Below are positions 41,249-54,727 of a DNA stretch of 64,000 nt, piece after piece. Position numbers and translations under genes: made by a program. The stretch is from the NCBI GenBank assembly GCA_021613535.1, contig CP075492.1, positions 4,588,001 through 4,652,000 of the forward strand, written 5' to 3'. Position 1 is the stretch's first letter, and each line of letters opens with the position of its first letter. Source of the stretch: Adineta vaga. Lineage: Eukaryota > Animalia > Rotifera. The notes beneath the pieces were generated by a model that saw only the letters and a program-made list of their open reading frames with translations, was not told the origin of the DNA and searched no databases.

Positions 41249-42235
41249 ATGGTTGATCGACGTATACTTTTTATTTTCATCGCTGTAACATTGTTTATTT
41301 CCGTGTTACATGGTGAACGTGCTCGTAATGATAATCTTCAAGATGTTGACGAAGAAATGGATTTCGTAGATGAGAATGAAAACGATGGTAAACATTAATT
41401 TATTAGAACATGACAAGATTTATAGTTTATTATGTAGATGTTATTGAAACTATCAAACGATTTTGGAAAAATAAAAAAACAACGACAGCAAAGCCATCAT
41501 CAGATTCAATATCGGCATTGCTTACAACAACTAAACCAAGTTCACTTTTAACAACTTCAACAATATCAGCTGTTTTTGGTGGTTTATTTGGTAATAAAGG
41601 AAGCAGTACATCTCGTTTCGGTACTGGAAAATTAACAACGGCATCACCAAAAAGTAAGTTAGACTATAACATATAAATCTATGACTCTAATCTGTATTCA
41701 ATTCAATAGATGCCTGTGGAGTAGTCAATCCATGTCAAAATGGTGGCACATGTAAAACGTTATCAAGTGGAAGTTTCTATTGTTTTTGCCATCAAGATTA
41801 TTATGGCAAACGTTGTGAGAATAGTAAGTTATTGATCGATTTCAAATTTCAATCATATTTTCGTACATGTACCTTGTAGAATTCATATCAACTGGTGCTG
41901 CTAATAAAGATCGTGGACGTAAAGATCATTGTGTGGATCAACCATGTCGTAATGGTGGTGAATGTGTTGGATTACGTACAACATTTTATTGCCGATGTAA
42001 AACACCATACTATGGAACTAAATGCGATAAACGTAAAGAGAAAGATTCATGAAATTAGATTAAAAAAAAATCATTTGTTCTCATTTTCATAGGTCTTAAT
42101 AAACGTGAAGAAATTGTTGATGAATCCATTTCGTCTGAACAAAATATGGAAGTTTATGAACGTGACTTACAAGATGATAATGAAGATTTACGACGTGCTA
42201 TTGCTAATGAAAATTTACTTGAAAATTTCGAATAA
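41249..42235 (+). CDS. Secreted precursor with two EGF-like domains, five exons
   Basis: Signal peptide; acidic pro-region ending KR; Thr/Ser-rich linker; EGF1 CGVVNPCQNGGTC..FYCFC..YYGKRC; EGF2 CVDQPCRNGGECV..FYCRC..YYGTKC; KR then acidic tail. Confidence 0.8.
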
Positions 42236-42367
42236 ATTCACGAAATTCTTCGATTTTTTTCTATTTGACATTGAGAAAGTCAACATCTATTTTATTCATA
42301 ATTATTTAGATACAAATAAATAAACATAATGAAAAATGAAACTACTATTTTACAATGAAGACCTTTA

Positions 42368-43963
42368 TCAAATTCGTAAAATTCGAGTAGAAGTTATTGA
42401 GATTAATATTGGTTCATTTCGTACGTGTTCCATTTGTTTAACCATTGACCATGGTTCACTGATTGTTTGTCGTTCATCTCGAACGTTTAATTTCAATTTT
42501 GGTCGTTCGAAATTCTCTTTCTTTTCCAAATTTTCAACGATTAATGCACGAGGTAATGCACTTTTTGATCGACGTTTTTCAATTTTTCTATATTTATCCC
42601 ACGATAAATCTTCTGTTATTATAATTTGATTTTTCATTCGATTCATATACGAAAACTCAACTTTTGTCTCTGGAACAGGTGGTAAAATACTCACAAGATA
42701 GGTTTGAACTTGTTGTATTTCAAAATTCGAACGATTTAATATCATTGGTACCGAAATTTGACAAAGAAATTCTTCCCAAGTAAGTACACGATGTTTTCTA
42801 AACGATTAAATAACAATTCTATGAACATTTCTGATGAAAAAATATTACTCAAATGTTTCGTCAATCGTTTGATTTTCAAGTAGAACTGCATCGATAAATT
42901 GTCCGCCATACTTTTTCCTAGACAAGAAAAAGAAGATCTTTTCTTCGATTGTTATATCAATACATACTTGATCATGAGGATTAGATTGTACAGAACTTTA
43001 TTAAAATGTTCTTTTGTAATGATCAGATTGCGTTGATGATCAAAATTTAAATTTGAATCTTGAATAAAAAGATTTTTTGCACAAATCAATTCTTTATTAC
43101 TCAATAATGTTGTTAATTCAACCTTAAAAAAGAACAGACTATTTCATCGTTAAACAAGATCTTCATCTTACTCGATCTTTTCGAGCAATTAATTTACAAG
43201 TATAGAACCGTTCGTAATCTAGCCAAGCAACACGATCTTTTCGTTGTATATCCATGATATTAAAATGTGATTTAAGTAAAAAAATATCATGTGAAATAAG
43301 AGAATTCATTGTTTTTGTATGGAAACAAAACAAAAGAAAATCTTTCAGAATAATAAATCCATCTGAAATGAATGAATAGTTTTTGTTGAAAGATTAAACT
43401 AATTTTTACCTTGATCTCGATCCATTTCGTTGAAAGAAGATCGTAAGAGATGAATTTCATCTTCAGTTAAAAATTGACTTAAATCTTCCTGAAGAAAGAA
43501 GAATTTGATAAAGGAAAATTTCAACCAAGAACAACATACACATTTTGAACAATTTTTATCTTTTTTACGAAAACTAGGCAAGAGATATGAATCACTTTCA
43601 TCATCATCTAGATTGTATAAACATTGGTAATGATATGTTTTAATACAGATATTACAATGAACGTAATCTTCAATACATGGTCCATTACAAAATACACATA
43701 AAAGCATTAGATTCTACGGAAAACAAATATTATGATAAATGAAACTAGATCATGAACATACATCGACATTTGCCATTCCTCTTGGAATTTTAGGTACTAT
43801 ATATCTTGGTTGAATTTCATTGGAAATTAATACACGTTTTTTCGATACAGCTGTTCGATGTTCTGTTGAATGATATATATATTATGAATTTCATCTTCAA
43901 AATATGATAATTCTTACTTTGTCTACAGCTTGATTTCGCCGCTTTTCGTGAGGACATATTCAT
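42368..43963 (-). CDS. PHF24: PHD finger + EF-hand protein (PHF24/GINIP-like), multi-exon
   Basis: CVFC..HCNICIKTYHYQCL..CSKC, then EDLSQFLTEDEI..FNEMDRDQ/DGFI EF-hand and further degenerate EF-hands (LTWEEFL). Confidence 0.7.
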
Positions 43964-44913
43964 ACAAATGTTTCTTACTGTTTGTCATTGTAGAAAAAAA
44001 AAGAGAATTCAGTTTCTACAAGTTTGTTTTCTTTTCCCGGAAATTCTTTTTTTTTGATTGAAATTGATTAACAAAAACAGTTGAGTAATGTAATGTGTTC
44101 AATGACGTAAATACAAAAGAAATCTCGAATGCCTGGAAAGAACATATCGAACGGAAACCAATAGATATACAACGAATAATTCTACTCATTGCTTCTATAC
44201 TAAAGGAAAATGAACATATGAACAGATATCCACAGGGGGTTCACTATTTCATCTATGGGATATACATAAATTGTAAAAGTATTCATTTATTTCTTTGAGT
44301 GTGTTCAAATGACTCAGCATGTGTTTGAATGATGTGTATTATAATATAAAATACTATCATTGTCTAAATAGAATGATCATTCGTAACCAATTCACTATTG
44401 AAGAATAAATAATCACATGATTTTGTTTCTTCTCACTTGAGACAAGATGATCAGCATGTATTCATCAATAAAAATGTTCTTTTCGATCGATTTATGTTTT
44501 TCTAATATCTATTCTTAAATTTACAATAAAGATAAATGATCAATTGAAAATGAAGATATCAATTCATTCTGATCAAATGAGTTATTTGATATAAGATAGT
44601 TAAATCATGTCATCTATACATTGAAAAGAATTTTGACGAATAATATGTATACTAAATCATTTTATTTATGTTTGAACATATGAAATGTAATCCATATTAT
44701 AACAACGAACTTTTCAAGTTTAGAATGAAGAATATAATGCCACTGATTACCTACACTGCAAACGAGAAGAAGAAGAAGAAGAAAAAAACCAGAACAAGAA
44801 TGTCTATACGCACACACATATAGCAAGAAACCGACAGACAAAGAGAATAACCCTAATTCTAAAGTTAATGATGAATAATATATTTACAAAGAAGATATAA
44901 TTTATTTGTTTTT

Positions 44914-45827
44914 CTAAATTTGTGTAATTTCTACTGTTTCTTCAATAGTTTGTGATGAACCTTGAACATTCTTATCGATATCACTATTTATTGGTATTCC
45001 AGCTGTAAGATGATTAATAACAAATTTTGGATCATCATCTAATTTTTTATAACGTTGATATAGAGTACACATAAACATTAATGCTAAGATTTGTAATAGA
45101 GCACATAAACCAGATATACCAACAAGTATCCATAATTCAATTGTGACATATCGATCGATAACTGAATAACAACCATTTTTATACATTAATGATTCTGTTT
45201 GATTTGCAATGCTAATATGATTGTTAATATCAGTATCACGCCAACAATTTGGTACGCGACAACATGAAGCAGGAAATGGATCTAGTGAAAGAGTATTATA
45301 ATCATCTTTATTATTGATACCACAACATGTATATTTAGATTGAAGTGTATCGAGTAATGTTGTTGTTGATAGTGGACTTTGTTCAAGTGTTCGTTTGAGT
45401 AATAATGGTAATTGAGGAAGAATAACAAAATAATAAAGAAGTGAAACAACAAACATAACAACATTGAGTACCACAGAGAAAATCTATATGTTGAACAAAG
45501 ATACAAATAAAAAAATATAAATTATTCAAAATGTAAACTTACCCATAATACAGTAACAAATAATGAAAGTGATTTAAGTCGACGAACAGTACTATAGATG
45601 GAAAAGAATGATAGAATTAATGTGATTAAACCTAAGCCAATAAAGACAAGAAGAATGTAGAATAAATAAGAATCAAATTGATCAGTTTTAACAAGTTGAT
45701 TGATAATGATGATATCAGTTTGAATAAAAGTTAAATAAATACCCAAACAAAGTTGTATAAGGCTAGCCAAAGCAATAAATATACATAAAGTACAGAAAAA
45801 ACATGCAGTATTGATACAACAAACCAT
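44914..45827 (-). CDS. Tetraspanin, two exons
   Basis: Four hydrophobic helices; large loop LQSKYTCCG, PASCC, GCY. Confidence 0.85.
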
Positions 45828-47091
45828 CGTTGATTACGTTCTTATAGATATGTATGTGCGTGTGTGTGATATATGATTTCTATGTTCTCTTATTCTCAGG
45901 TGGATAATATAGCAGTTGATTCCACCTTCTCTCTTCACAGCAATTCATACCTATATATTTTCTTTCGTTCTATTCTCATCGAGCCATAGAACAAGAACTA
46001 AAGCGTAAAAGAGAAAGAGTTCATATTGTCTTACATCTTGTATAAATTTTCTTTCTCCACCCATACATATATATATATATACATGTTGTACACAGACGTC
46101 GATACACGTAAGAAATATTTTTTGTTCTTGCTTGCTCTGCTCTCTCTCTCTCTTTTTTTCAAAAAGATAAAATATAATCGATGCAATGTTAGATTCTTTT
46201 ATATATTTCAACATGTGTTTGTTTTATATGAGTCAACTGAACATATAAAATGTTATATTCTCATGGCACAATAAGAGAAAAGAGAAAGAAAAATAGCGTA
46301 TAATTTGAACTATGTAGGCAAATAGAGAATAATAAAACTCGTCAGTATTCTTTTACTTCAAATCAAATCAAATGGCTTTTTCTTTTATTAGTTCATTCTA
46401 TATAATAGACTTAGTAAGCGTTAAGCACGATGGCAACGGTCATAGAATCATTGCTTATCAATATGTTCAAAATCGAGAAAAAAGAAGTGCCGGAGGACAC
46501 TTGAAATTATCCTCGATTCAGATCAATTGAATAAAGATGACATAAAAGATGATTAAGTTAGTCTAGAAGATTATCAAAGAATTCTCAGAAATAACTATCA
46601 TTTTTACTTTTACTTTTATTTCGTTTGAATTATACTTAGAGTACATATATATTTGCGTCTTTTTTTTTCAAGAACCCTTATGGTATCATGCCATTATTCG
46701 CAGTGTAATCAGTAACTGTCGTTGATCGGCTTGACTAATATATATTGATGGACAAACTAACAATTGTCATTAGAATGTTGTTCTAGCCTACGTGCTGTGT
46801 CATTTTAGTTTGCTTCCATTTCTATCAACTAAAAGCGTGCTTTTAACCACAAATCAACCAGATTTTTTTGTGTATAGATGTCTTATGTATTTTCTATTAA
46901 ATGCATTGACTTTCTGGCATTCTAATTACCAACATTCGCTTCCTATCGGTTAAGGAAAGATTAGAGGTGACAGGCAGAACACCCACGATATAGATGACAA
47001 TGTATATCATAGTATATATATATATACATAGCTAGCTAGATTGTAACTACAATCATATTTCTTTCTTTAATCAAAGCAGTTGATATACATA

Positions 47092-47696
47092 ATGGCATTA
47101 GATCGTGCAGTTAAAGACAAAGTACAATTGTCGAATAGAATGTTTTTATTTTAATGCATAACTAAAATTATATTTCTTAGATTCATTTTAAACAAGATCC
47201 TGAACAAGACAAGGCAGTTCAAGAATGGATTGAAGCTGTTACAGGTGAAAAATTTTCTACTGATGATTATGCTGAAGCATTGCATGATGGTATTCTTCTT
47301 TGCAAGTAATTATTTGATGCATATATTCGTGTGTCTTCTTTATAGTGGGTGTTTTATTTGTTTCTTTAGATTGATGAACAAACTGAAACCTGGTTCAGTA
47401 GCAAAAATTCACACGTCGGGTGGTCCAATGAAATTACGAGAAAATATTGGAGTTTTTCAAAATGCAGCACGTGCTTATGGTGTTAGTGAAAGTGAAGTAT
47501 TTCAAGCTGTCGATTTATTTGATAAAAAAAATATTCAACAAGTTACAGTACGTTTGTCTCTTTATCTACCATACCAAACTTCTTTTTCTTTCTCTATTTA
47601 TAGTTATGTGTTTTTGCATTGAATCGTCTTGCACAAAAACAAAATTTCAGTGGACCAAAACTTAACTATCAAACCAAATTACCTACTTACGATTGA
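47092..47696 (+). CDS. Calponin-homology protein (myophilin/transgelin/Mp20-like), four exons, no C-terminal calponin repeat seen
   Basis: EWIEAVTGE, LHDGILLCK/LMNKLKPGSV, ENIGVFQNAARAYGV, FQAVDLFDKKNIQQV, GPKL. Confidence 0.88.
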
Positions 47697-48269
47697 ATAA
47701 GAGCATACATGTATTGCTATCCTTTTACATGCTTTTTCATCGATTAAATAAATTTGATATTTATTGTCATTTCTCTCTCTATACACGACTGTTAAGATGT
47801 TTTAAGTTCATTTATTTGATAAAACAATATGATAAGCATTTCATATTCTTTTCGAAATTATATTATCAAAACAACATAAATGAGTAATTCGGTTTTGTGT
47901 TTATAATAAAGCTGCTGTATATATTGAAAGAAAGTGCAGCACACCCACCCTCAAAAACATTTTTATTTGATAACAGGATATTGGAGTATTCCTTTTTCTG
48001 AAAGAAAGGGTTATAGGCTCTATAAAGAGGCTGTTAAAATCGTTAAAGTTTGTTTGTGCAAGCCAATCAGGTGAAAGCAGCTTATAGATTGATAAAAACT
48101 TACCCCATTAAGTCATCAGACAATGATTAATCATAGGTAATCGAGGTCGAGGAATACGAATCTGCTGTTACTTCCTCAAAAATATTTTTCTTTTAACTAT
48201 TGGTAATTAATTAGTATTTCTTAGTTCTCTAATCTAATCAAATTGTAATAATACAAAACTCCATGAGAA

Positions 48270-49030
48270 CTAACTGATGATCATCGCGTAATTGCTTTAT
48301 TATTATTACAAAATGATTCTATAATAGAAAAATTAGTATTAAAAGATTTTTAGTGATTTATCAATTTTATGGTTTTCATTTAAACCAAATACATTAAAAA
48401 TTAACGAATATTGAAAAGAATTAACTATAAAATTACATTATGTTCATGATCTATTTATATTAATTGAATATTTAAATATTAAAGTTTTTTGAGACAGATA
48501 AATATGATCATACAAATATTCGAAATACAACAAATACATTATCATCAACATTAAAACATTTAATTTTTGATTCATTTGACTTTTCTTATAGTCGTTTATT
48601 ACTATTTTTAGAACCATTTGAAAAATCTATTGAATATTTAACATTAAATATGTCAATTGATGAACAAATTAATGGAAATATTTTAGAATCAACAATTTCA
48701 ACAAAAATTCCAAAGAAATTATGATAAAGATCTTTTCTTTTCACTTTAGGTTTAGATAAATTAATATCAACATTTCATTCAACATCATATTAGTCAACGC
48801 ATCCAGTTGTATGTTATCATGATCAACGTGTTCCTTGTTTTACTGTTTTTTTATTACCATGGATATTGAAAGAAACAGATACAGTAGTCGACGACATTCT
48901 TTATTATCGTACAAATTTAACAATACCATTACGAATAAATAATATTAAATCCATTTATTTAGCTTCAACACTAATAACATTGGAATTTTTGAAATTTATT
49001 AAAGAAATATTTCCAAATGCCTTAATTAGT
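48270..49030 (+). pseudogene. Decayed fragment of the F-box/LRR-like gene family
   Basis: Readable pieces TLKHLIFDSFDFSYSRLLLFLEPFEKSIEYLTLN..INGNILES and STFHSTSY*STHPVVCY..FTVFLLPW..IFPNA resemble the C-terminal part of 59285-61090 (STFQDPFW..YTLPF..FPQL); several stops and frameshifts, no start codon found. Confidence 0.55.
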
Positions 49031-50465
49031 TCAAGAGAAATTTAAACTTTATATTTGTTAGTTTTGTTGAAAAGATTTATTGATAAATAAAGAAATTCAT
49101 CATGTTTTAGGATTTGTCACATGTTATTTTCACTTTCGATTACAGAACTAATGTAAAACAGCATCTTTAAGTTGTAATTTTGAGTTTAATTGAGATCATA
49201 TAAAGTTTCCAAAAGTGTTGTAGAAGACCAAACTTATACAGAATATGAATAGCATTTGTTAACTTAGGTAGACCTTTCCAATCATTTGATGAAAGAAACT
49301 CTTCAATATATGTTTTTTGCTTGTTCAACAAATAAAGAACCATTTTGTTGTTCTGTCAGTTATAATCATTTAAATCATCAGCATTACAGCATGTTTTGTC
49401 TCTCTTCTCACATAAAACTTACTTGGTAAAACATTCACTAAAGCCTCATTCGATCTTTATCGTCGATTGGTACATCGATAACAATACAGACGCTATTCAA
49501 CAATCAATTATAAAGAATATATATCTGTCAATTCCTAGAGCAGAAAAATCATTCTCAACTTAGCCAATGATATTTCTCTATAGAACACTCAGTATAAGAT
49601 CAATTAGGTGAAAAGTGTCTTTTTTTTTTATAAATGTAGTAATCGAACGAGAATCTATTCCTTTTCATCAAGATTGTTACGTTTTACTTTTCAAACGTTG
49701 GATCTCTATAGAAAACTCTCGTTCCATGTTAATAGCATCCAAACGAACAAATAAAGATGTGATCATTATAATTGACGGATCATCTTCAGATAATATCAAT
49801 GAAATTGTAAATAGAAGAAAAGCATGTCGAATACTTTAACAGTTCATTCATTATGCATTTTCGTCGAATGGATAAACGAGAATTATTCATCACAATGATA
49901 TAGATCGGACATTTTTATATAATTTGGAAAAAAATCGAATCTAATTCACAAAAAAACTGAAGAAAACAAAATAATCTTTATTATTATATTTAAATAATAT
50001 GAACAACTTATTTCCTAACTAAAATATGAGGTTATTTGACAATTATCGACTTATATCATTTATCCAATTACTTAATTTTTTGAGAACAGATGCTAAGAAT
50101 TAAAATTCTGTGAGAAAATCAATCCTTATTCGAAGAATTTCTCAATACATGTATATTCTATATTGGACATCCAAATGTTCATTATTATGAACAAATTCAG
50201 TGAGATTGTATATTTACATTATTGAAAAAGATAAATATATTGTAAAACCAAATTAGGTATTCTAATAAATTGCTAAAAAATATATTGATACGTTTGATCA
50301 TCAATAGAAATAAATTCAAAAATCTTTTCTATTTACATTTTTTTACTAACTATTATGATCAGTGTTTTATTTGATGCTATCGTTATTGATAAAAAAAATT
50401 CATGAAAAAAAGAGAAATATACAAAAAATGAGAGTCCATGAAGATCATATAAATAATTATACGAA

Positions 50466-51594
50466 TTATTCATCATCAGTTGTATCGTCCGAATTATTAT
50501 TGTCATTTCCACTATTACGATTATCTGTTTTCTTTCTATGTATTCGTGCTGTAGTGGATATGAAAGTCATGGAAAAATCCACAATAACAGGAATCATATT
50601 ATTATCAATAAATGGTAAATCACCAGGCCATCGAAAACCGAAATGAAGAAGAAAACTTTTGCAAAAAGTTTGACAATTAACTGCTGTGACCATTTCTTGT
50701 TCGTTCCGTTATGTGTAAGTTCATCGAAAATATCATTTCCCTTTAATAAATATTTATTGTATAAATCACTTATTACGTTTCAATTCATTGACTTACCAGC
50801 ATAACCAAAGAACAAGCCCATTCTCTTGGTTTTGTTATATTTGTATTTCCACTTGGTATAACTTTACCAATATAGACAATTTCAAAGAAGTCAGTGCGTG
50901 CTCTTCGTTTGTCGCCAAATCGAAATTTACTTTTACGAGTAGCTGGTTCAGAAGTTAAATGTAATAGAACACCCTTGAGATAAACTTCATTACTTCCACC
51001 GGCTACATCAACAAGTATAGCATGATGAGCGAGTTTTCGTATACCAGTTTCATCCTTGAACACCAAAATGAAAATATCACCGACTTTACTTTCATTGACA
51101 ATTAAACGATCAATAGAACAAAAAGTGTTCATTGCACCTGGTATGTACTTCTTGTTGATCTTATTTTGATAATCAACGTTTAACAATCCATCCACATATA
51201 TACCACGAACAAATGCAATAAACAAGGTTATTTGATCTAAAATGCTTAAATATATATCACAAAAGTTCGAGGAAACCTAGAAATACATAAAATTTCAATA
51301 ATGGCCGCTTTTTAAATATAGTTTTAAATTAAATCACAAGAGAAGAATATGATTTTATTTATCTAATTGTAATTGTCTTTTGTTTTCTAACAATTTTATC
51401 ATAGATTGTCGTTGTATATAACAATCGGAATGTATAATCAATAGAGTGCGCTAATTTACCGATTGATTGAGTTCTGATCGACCTCTGCTGAACATGCTTT
51501 TTTACAACATTAGGCGTTTGTTTAAGAGCCTTATAGGAAGGAAAATGAATATGGATAATGCATTTTTTTAGAAATCTCAACCGATCAGATCCAT
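50466..51594 (-). pseudogene. PPPDE/LRAT-like (permuted papain fold) protein with a 1-nt frameshift near 50686; start exon tentative (51594-51582)
   Basis: AHHAILV and LLHLT motifs in the large exon; NCQTFCK nucleophile-like motif lies one base out of frame after a phase-0 intron (50796-50741). Confidence 0.5.
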
Positions 51595-52348
51595 GAATGT
51601 TTAGAAACAGTACTTGATTTTACTTTTGTCTTGCAATAAATGATTTAATGATACTTTGAAATGGTGAAAGGATGAGAAACACTTTTAAAAAGCTTTTATG
51701 TATAAAGTCTGCTTGGACCGGAATCTGGTCAAGTTCAGGTCGAGCTTGAAAGCTTTGCTGAGCACTCTTATCATTCTATCAGAAAAGGGTCAGCGAATCC
51801 AGAGGATGAGCGTTACTTGTAGATATTAGCAAAGGAATAATCATCATTGATGGTTTTCTAGAAGAACACTTATTCTTCGATATTTGAGAAGAAACTCGGT
51901 GAGAAGAACGACTAGCTGGTGTAGAAAATCTATATCGTTTCTTCATTAAGTTTAGATGTTATCAAGTAAAACGAAAGAATAATCTTGTCACTCGACAACT
52001 AAATTAAGATTGATTATCAAGCAATTTTTCCCCGGATACTTAATAGTATCAATCGTGCTCTCTTTGTGTATGACACAACATGAATCACTTGTATTACTAC
52101 TATTCATCGGACAAAAACGCATTGCTCTCTTGTTATTCCATTCATCGTCATTTTCCTTGAAGTACTCCACATAGATCATCAAGATACACATTATTTTAAG
52201 CAAAATTCAATGATATTGAATATCTTATGTCAAATAAAATAAAATAAACTGAAACTTAATCTAAACATCAAGCGAGTAATCCACAACAGAAATCATTGTA
52301 TGTGTTTCTTTATGTATTTTTTTGATAAAAACCAAGTACGATCACATA

Positions 52349-54615
52349 TCAATATTCACTGTCAATAAACTTGGCAATTGTATTGAGTTGTATGTTACTA
52401 GTTCCTTCGTAGATAGTTCCTAAAATATATCAAACGTAAAAATTGAAATATTTCTATTTTCTAATAACAAACTATACTCACCAACTTTACAATCACGAAA
52501 GAACTTTTCTTGTGGATATTCACATGAAAATCCAAGGCCACCCATGAAATCAATACTGAAATTAGACACAGCATAACATGAACTATTCACTTACGAACAT
52601 AATTTCGAGGGAAAAAAATTACATACCATTTACTGGTCACTCTTCCAGCTAACTAGAAAAAGAAACAAACATGTAAAAATAGTAATACTTAAGAATAAAT
52701 AAGAATTCTGTACTTCTGATGAGTAGAATTTAGCCATCGCTGCTTGTTTTACAAATGGTAATTTTGCATCACGTAAACGTGCAGCATTATATGTTAAAAG
52801 TCGTGCCGCTTCGATTTCTGTTGCTAATGATGCTATTTGGTGTTGCATACCCTAGATTATATTCATTTAAAAATCATCAAGAATTCTCATATCAATTTCA
52901 CATACTTGAAAATCAAAGATTCGTTGACCAAATTGTTTACGTTCTTTTGTATATGGTATTGTTTTATCAAATGCACCTTGACTAACACCTATCATCTATG
53001 TAGAATACTAAATTTCGAAACGAGAATCTGAATCAAACGAATTTACTTGAGCAGCAATACCAACACGACCTTCATTAAGCATTGATATAGCATATTTATA
53101 ACCTTGACCTTCTTTACCAAGAAGATTCTTTGCCGGAATCTAAGAATAAATGATAAAAAATTTGCAAGATTGAAGAAAAAACCACTCAATTATCCAACTC
53201 ATGACATACTTTACAATCATCGAAATGAACCATACATGTTGATGATGCTTTCAAACCCATTTTTTTCTCGCGTTTTCCAATACGTAAACCTTCAGTTTCA
53301 CGATCAACAATAAATGTTGAAATTCCTTTGTGTTTCTAGAAATAAATAAAAACGAAATAGTCTTTCAAATAGATCCTAAGTTTCTATTTACAGCTTGTGG
53401 ATTTGAATTTGCCATAACAAGATAAACTCCACTAATTTCAGCATTTGAAATCCACATTTTTGTACCATTTAATACATAATAATCTCCTCGTTTCTCTGCT
53501 GTTGTTTTCAAAGCAAATGCATCACTACCAGACGTTGGTTCTGTCAAACAAAAACTGGCAACCTAAAAGGAAAAAGATCATCGATTAAATTTTTCATTCT
53601 CATTCAAAACAAAAGAAATATCAAAAGAACAACACGAGATTTTTAGCCAATTGTGGTAGATAATGTTGTTTTTGTTCTTCTGTTCCATAATTAAGAAATA
53701 ATCGATTAAATAAAGTATTTTGTAGATCCAACAATAATCCAACACTTGGATCAATCTTTGACATTTCTTCAATAACAAGAATTGAGGAAAAAAATGTTTG
53801 ACCTGAACCACCATATTCCAAAGGAACATCAACGGACATCAACTAGAAAGGAAAAAGGAAACTTGATGAATAATAATCATTACCATATCTTTCGCTAATC
53901 GAGGCAAATACGTAGCTTTTTGATCATCATTAGCAAGTTGAATGAAAAAAGGATTCACAACAGTATTTTGTACATCCAAAAAACCTTAACAAATCATTCG
54001 TAAGACTAAAAAGAAATATTTTTCTTTGTTTTCTACCTCCGAAAGCACTATCTAAATGCAAAGAAAATCTATCGTAACAAATCTATTCGAGTTTAATTCT
54101 AATATTTTCTAACCTATTTTCGATGCTTCCTCAATTGCCAATATACAAGCGAAAAGATTCGAACCACCTCCTCCATACTGTGTAGGTATTTCAATACCCA
54201 TCCACTATTTTCAAACGTATACAAATCACACAATATCATATAAACACATTGATTACTCACGCCCTGATCGAATATCGCTTTCATCAATTCAGGTCTAAAA
54301 CTACCGGCTTCTTCCATTTCACGAATATACGGTTCAACATGTTCTTTACCAAAACGACTAACTAGATTCAAATAAATTAGTTCATGAAGTATGAAAATTG
54401 AGAAAATAAATCAAACCTGTGTCTTTAATCATTTGTTCTTCTTCAGAAAAATTATACAATGATTGATTGACTGGAGTCGATGAAAGATTTCGTGTTCGAA
54501 AGATCCATGATTTAGATCTGATAAGAATAGAATTTATCTCATTCAATTTGATCGAAAAATCTTACTGAATTGTTCGAAATAATTGAGTTGTTGTTACAAA
54601 TCGACTAAAATTCAT
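52349..54615 (-). CDS. ACADSB: Short/branched-chain acyl-CoA dehydrogenase, mitochondrial, multi-exon, with duplicated internal exon module
   Basis: [80 protein letters not shown] (catalytic Glu in YEG). Confidence 0.92.
53636..53842 (-). other. ACADSB alternative module B (single 207-nt exon)
   Basis: TAG|[37 protein letters not shown]|GT, phase 0/0. Confidence 0.85.
53884..54204 (-). other. ACADSB alternative module A (exons 54204-54114, 54051-54037, 53984-53884; 207 nt in total)
   Basis: [43 protein letters not shown], phase 0/0, all GT-AG. Confidence 0.85.
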
Positions 54616-54727
54616 TATGGTCTGAAACAGAGATGTTTTTTTACATTTAATTTCATATCTGACGTTTATAGGAAAAAAACAATAAAACAACAAAATAGAA
54701 AATAACAAACAAAAATACATTAACAGT

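Noticed and set aside
44050-44320. 67-aa plus-strand ORF
   Set aside because: Non-ATG start, no splice context and no family signal
47900-48200. Slightly GC-richer patch suggesting a MITE or transposon end
   Set aside because: No terminal inverted repeats, target-site duplication or second copy could be identified by eye
51650-52210. Coding-like fragments between the PPPDE-like locus and ACADSB
   Set aside because: Stops in the frames examined and no recognisable motif
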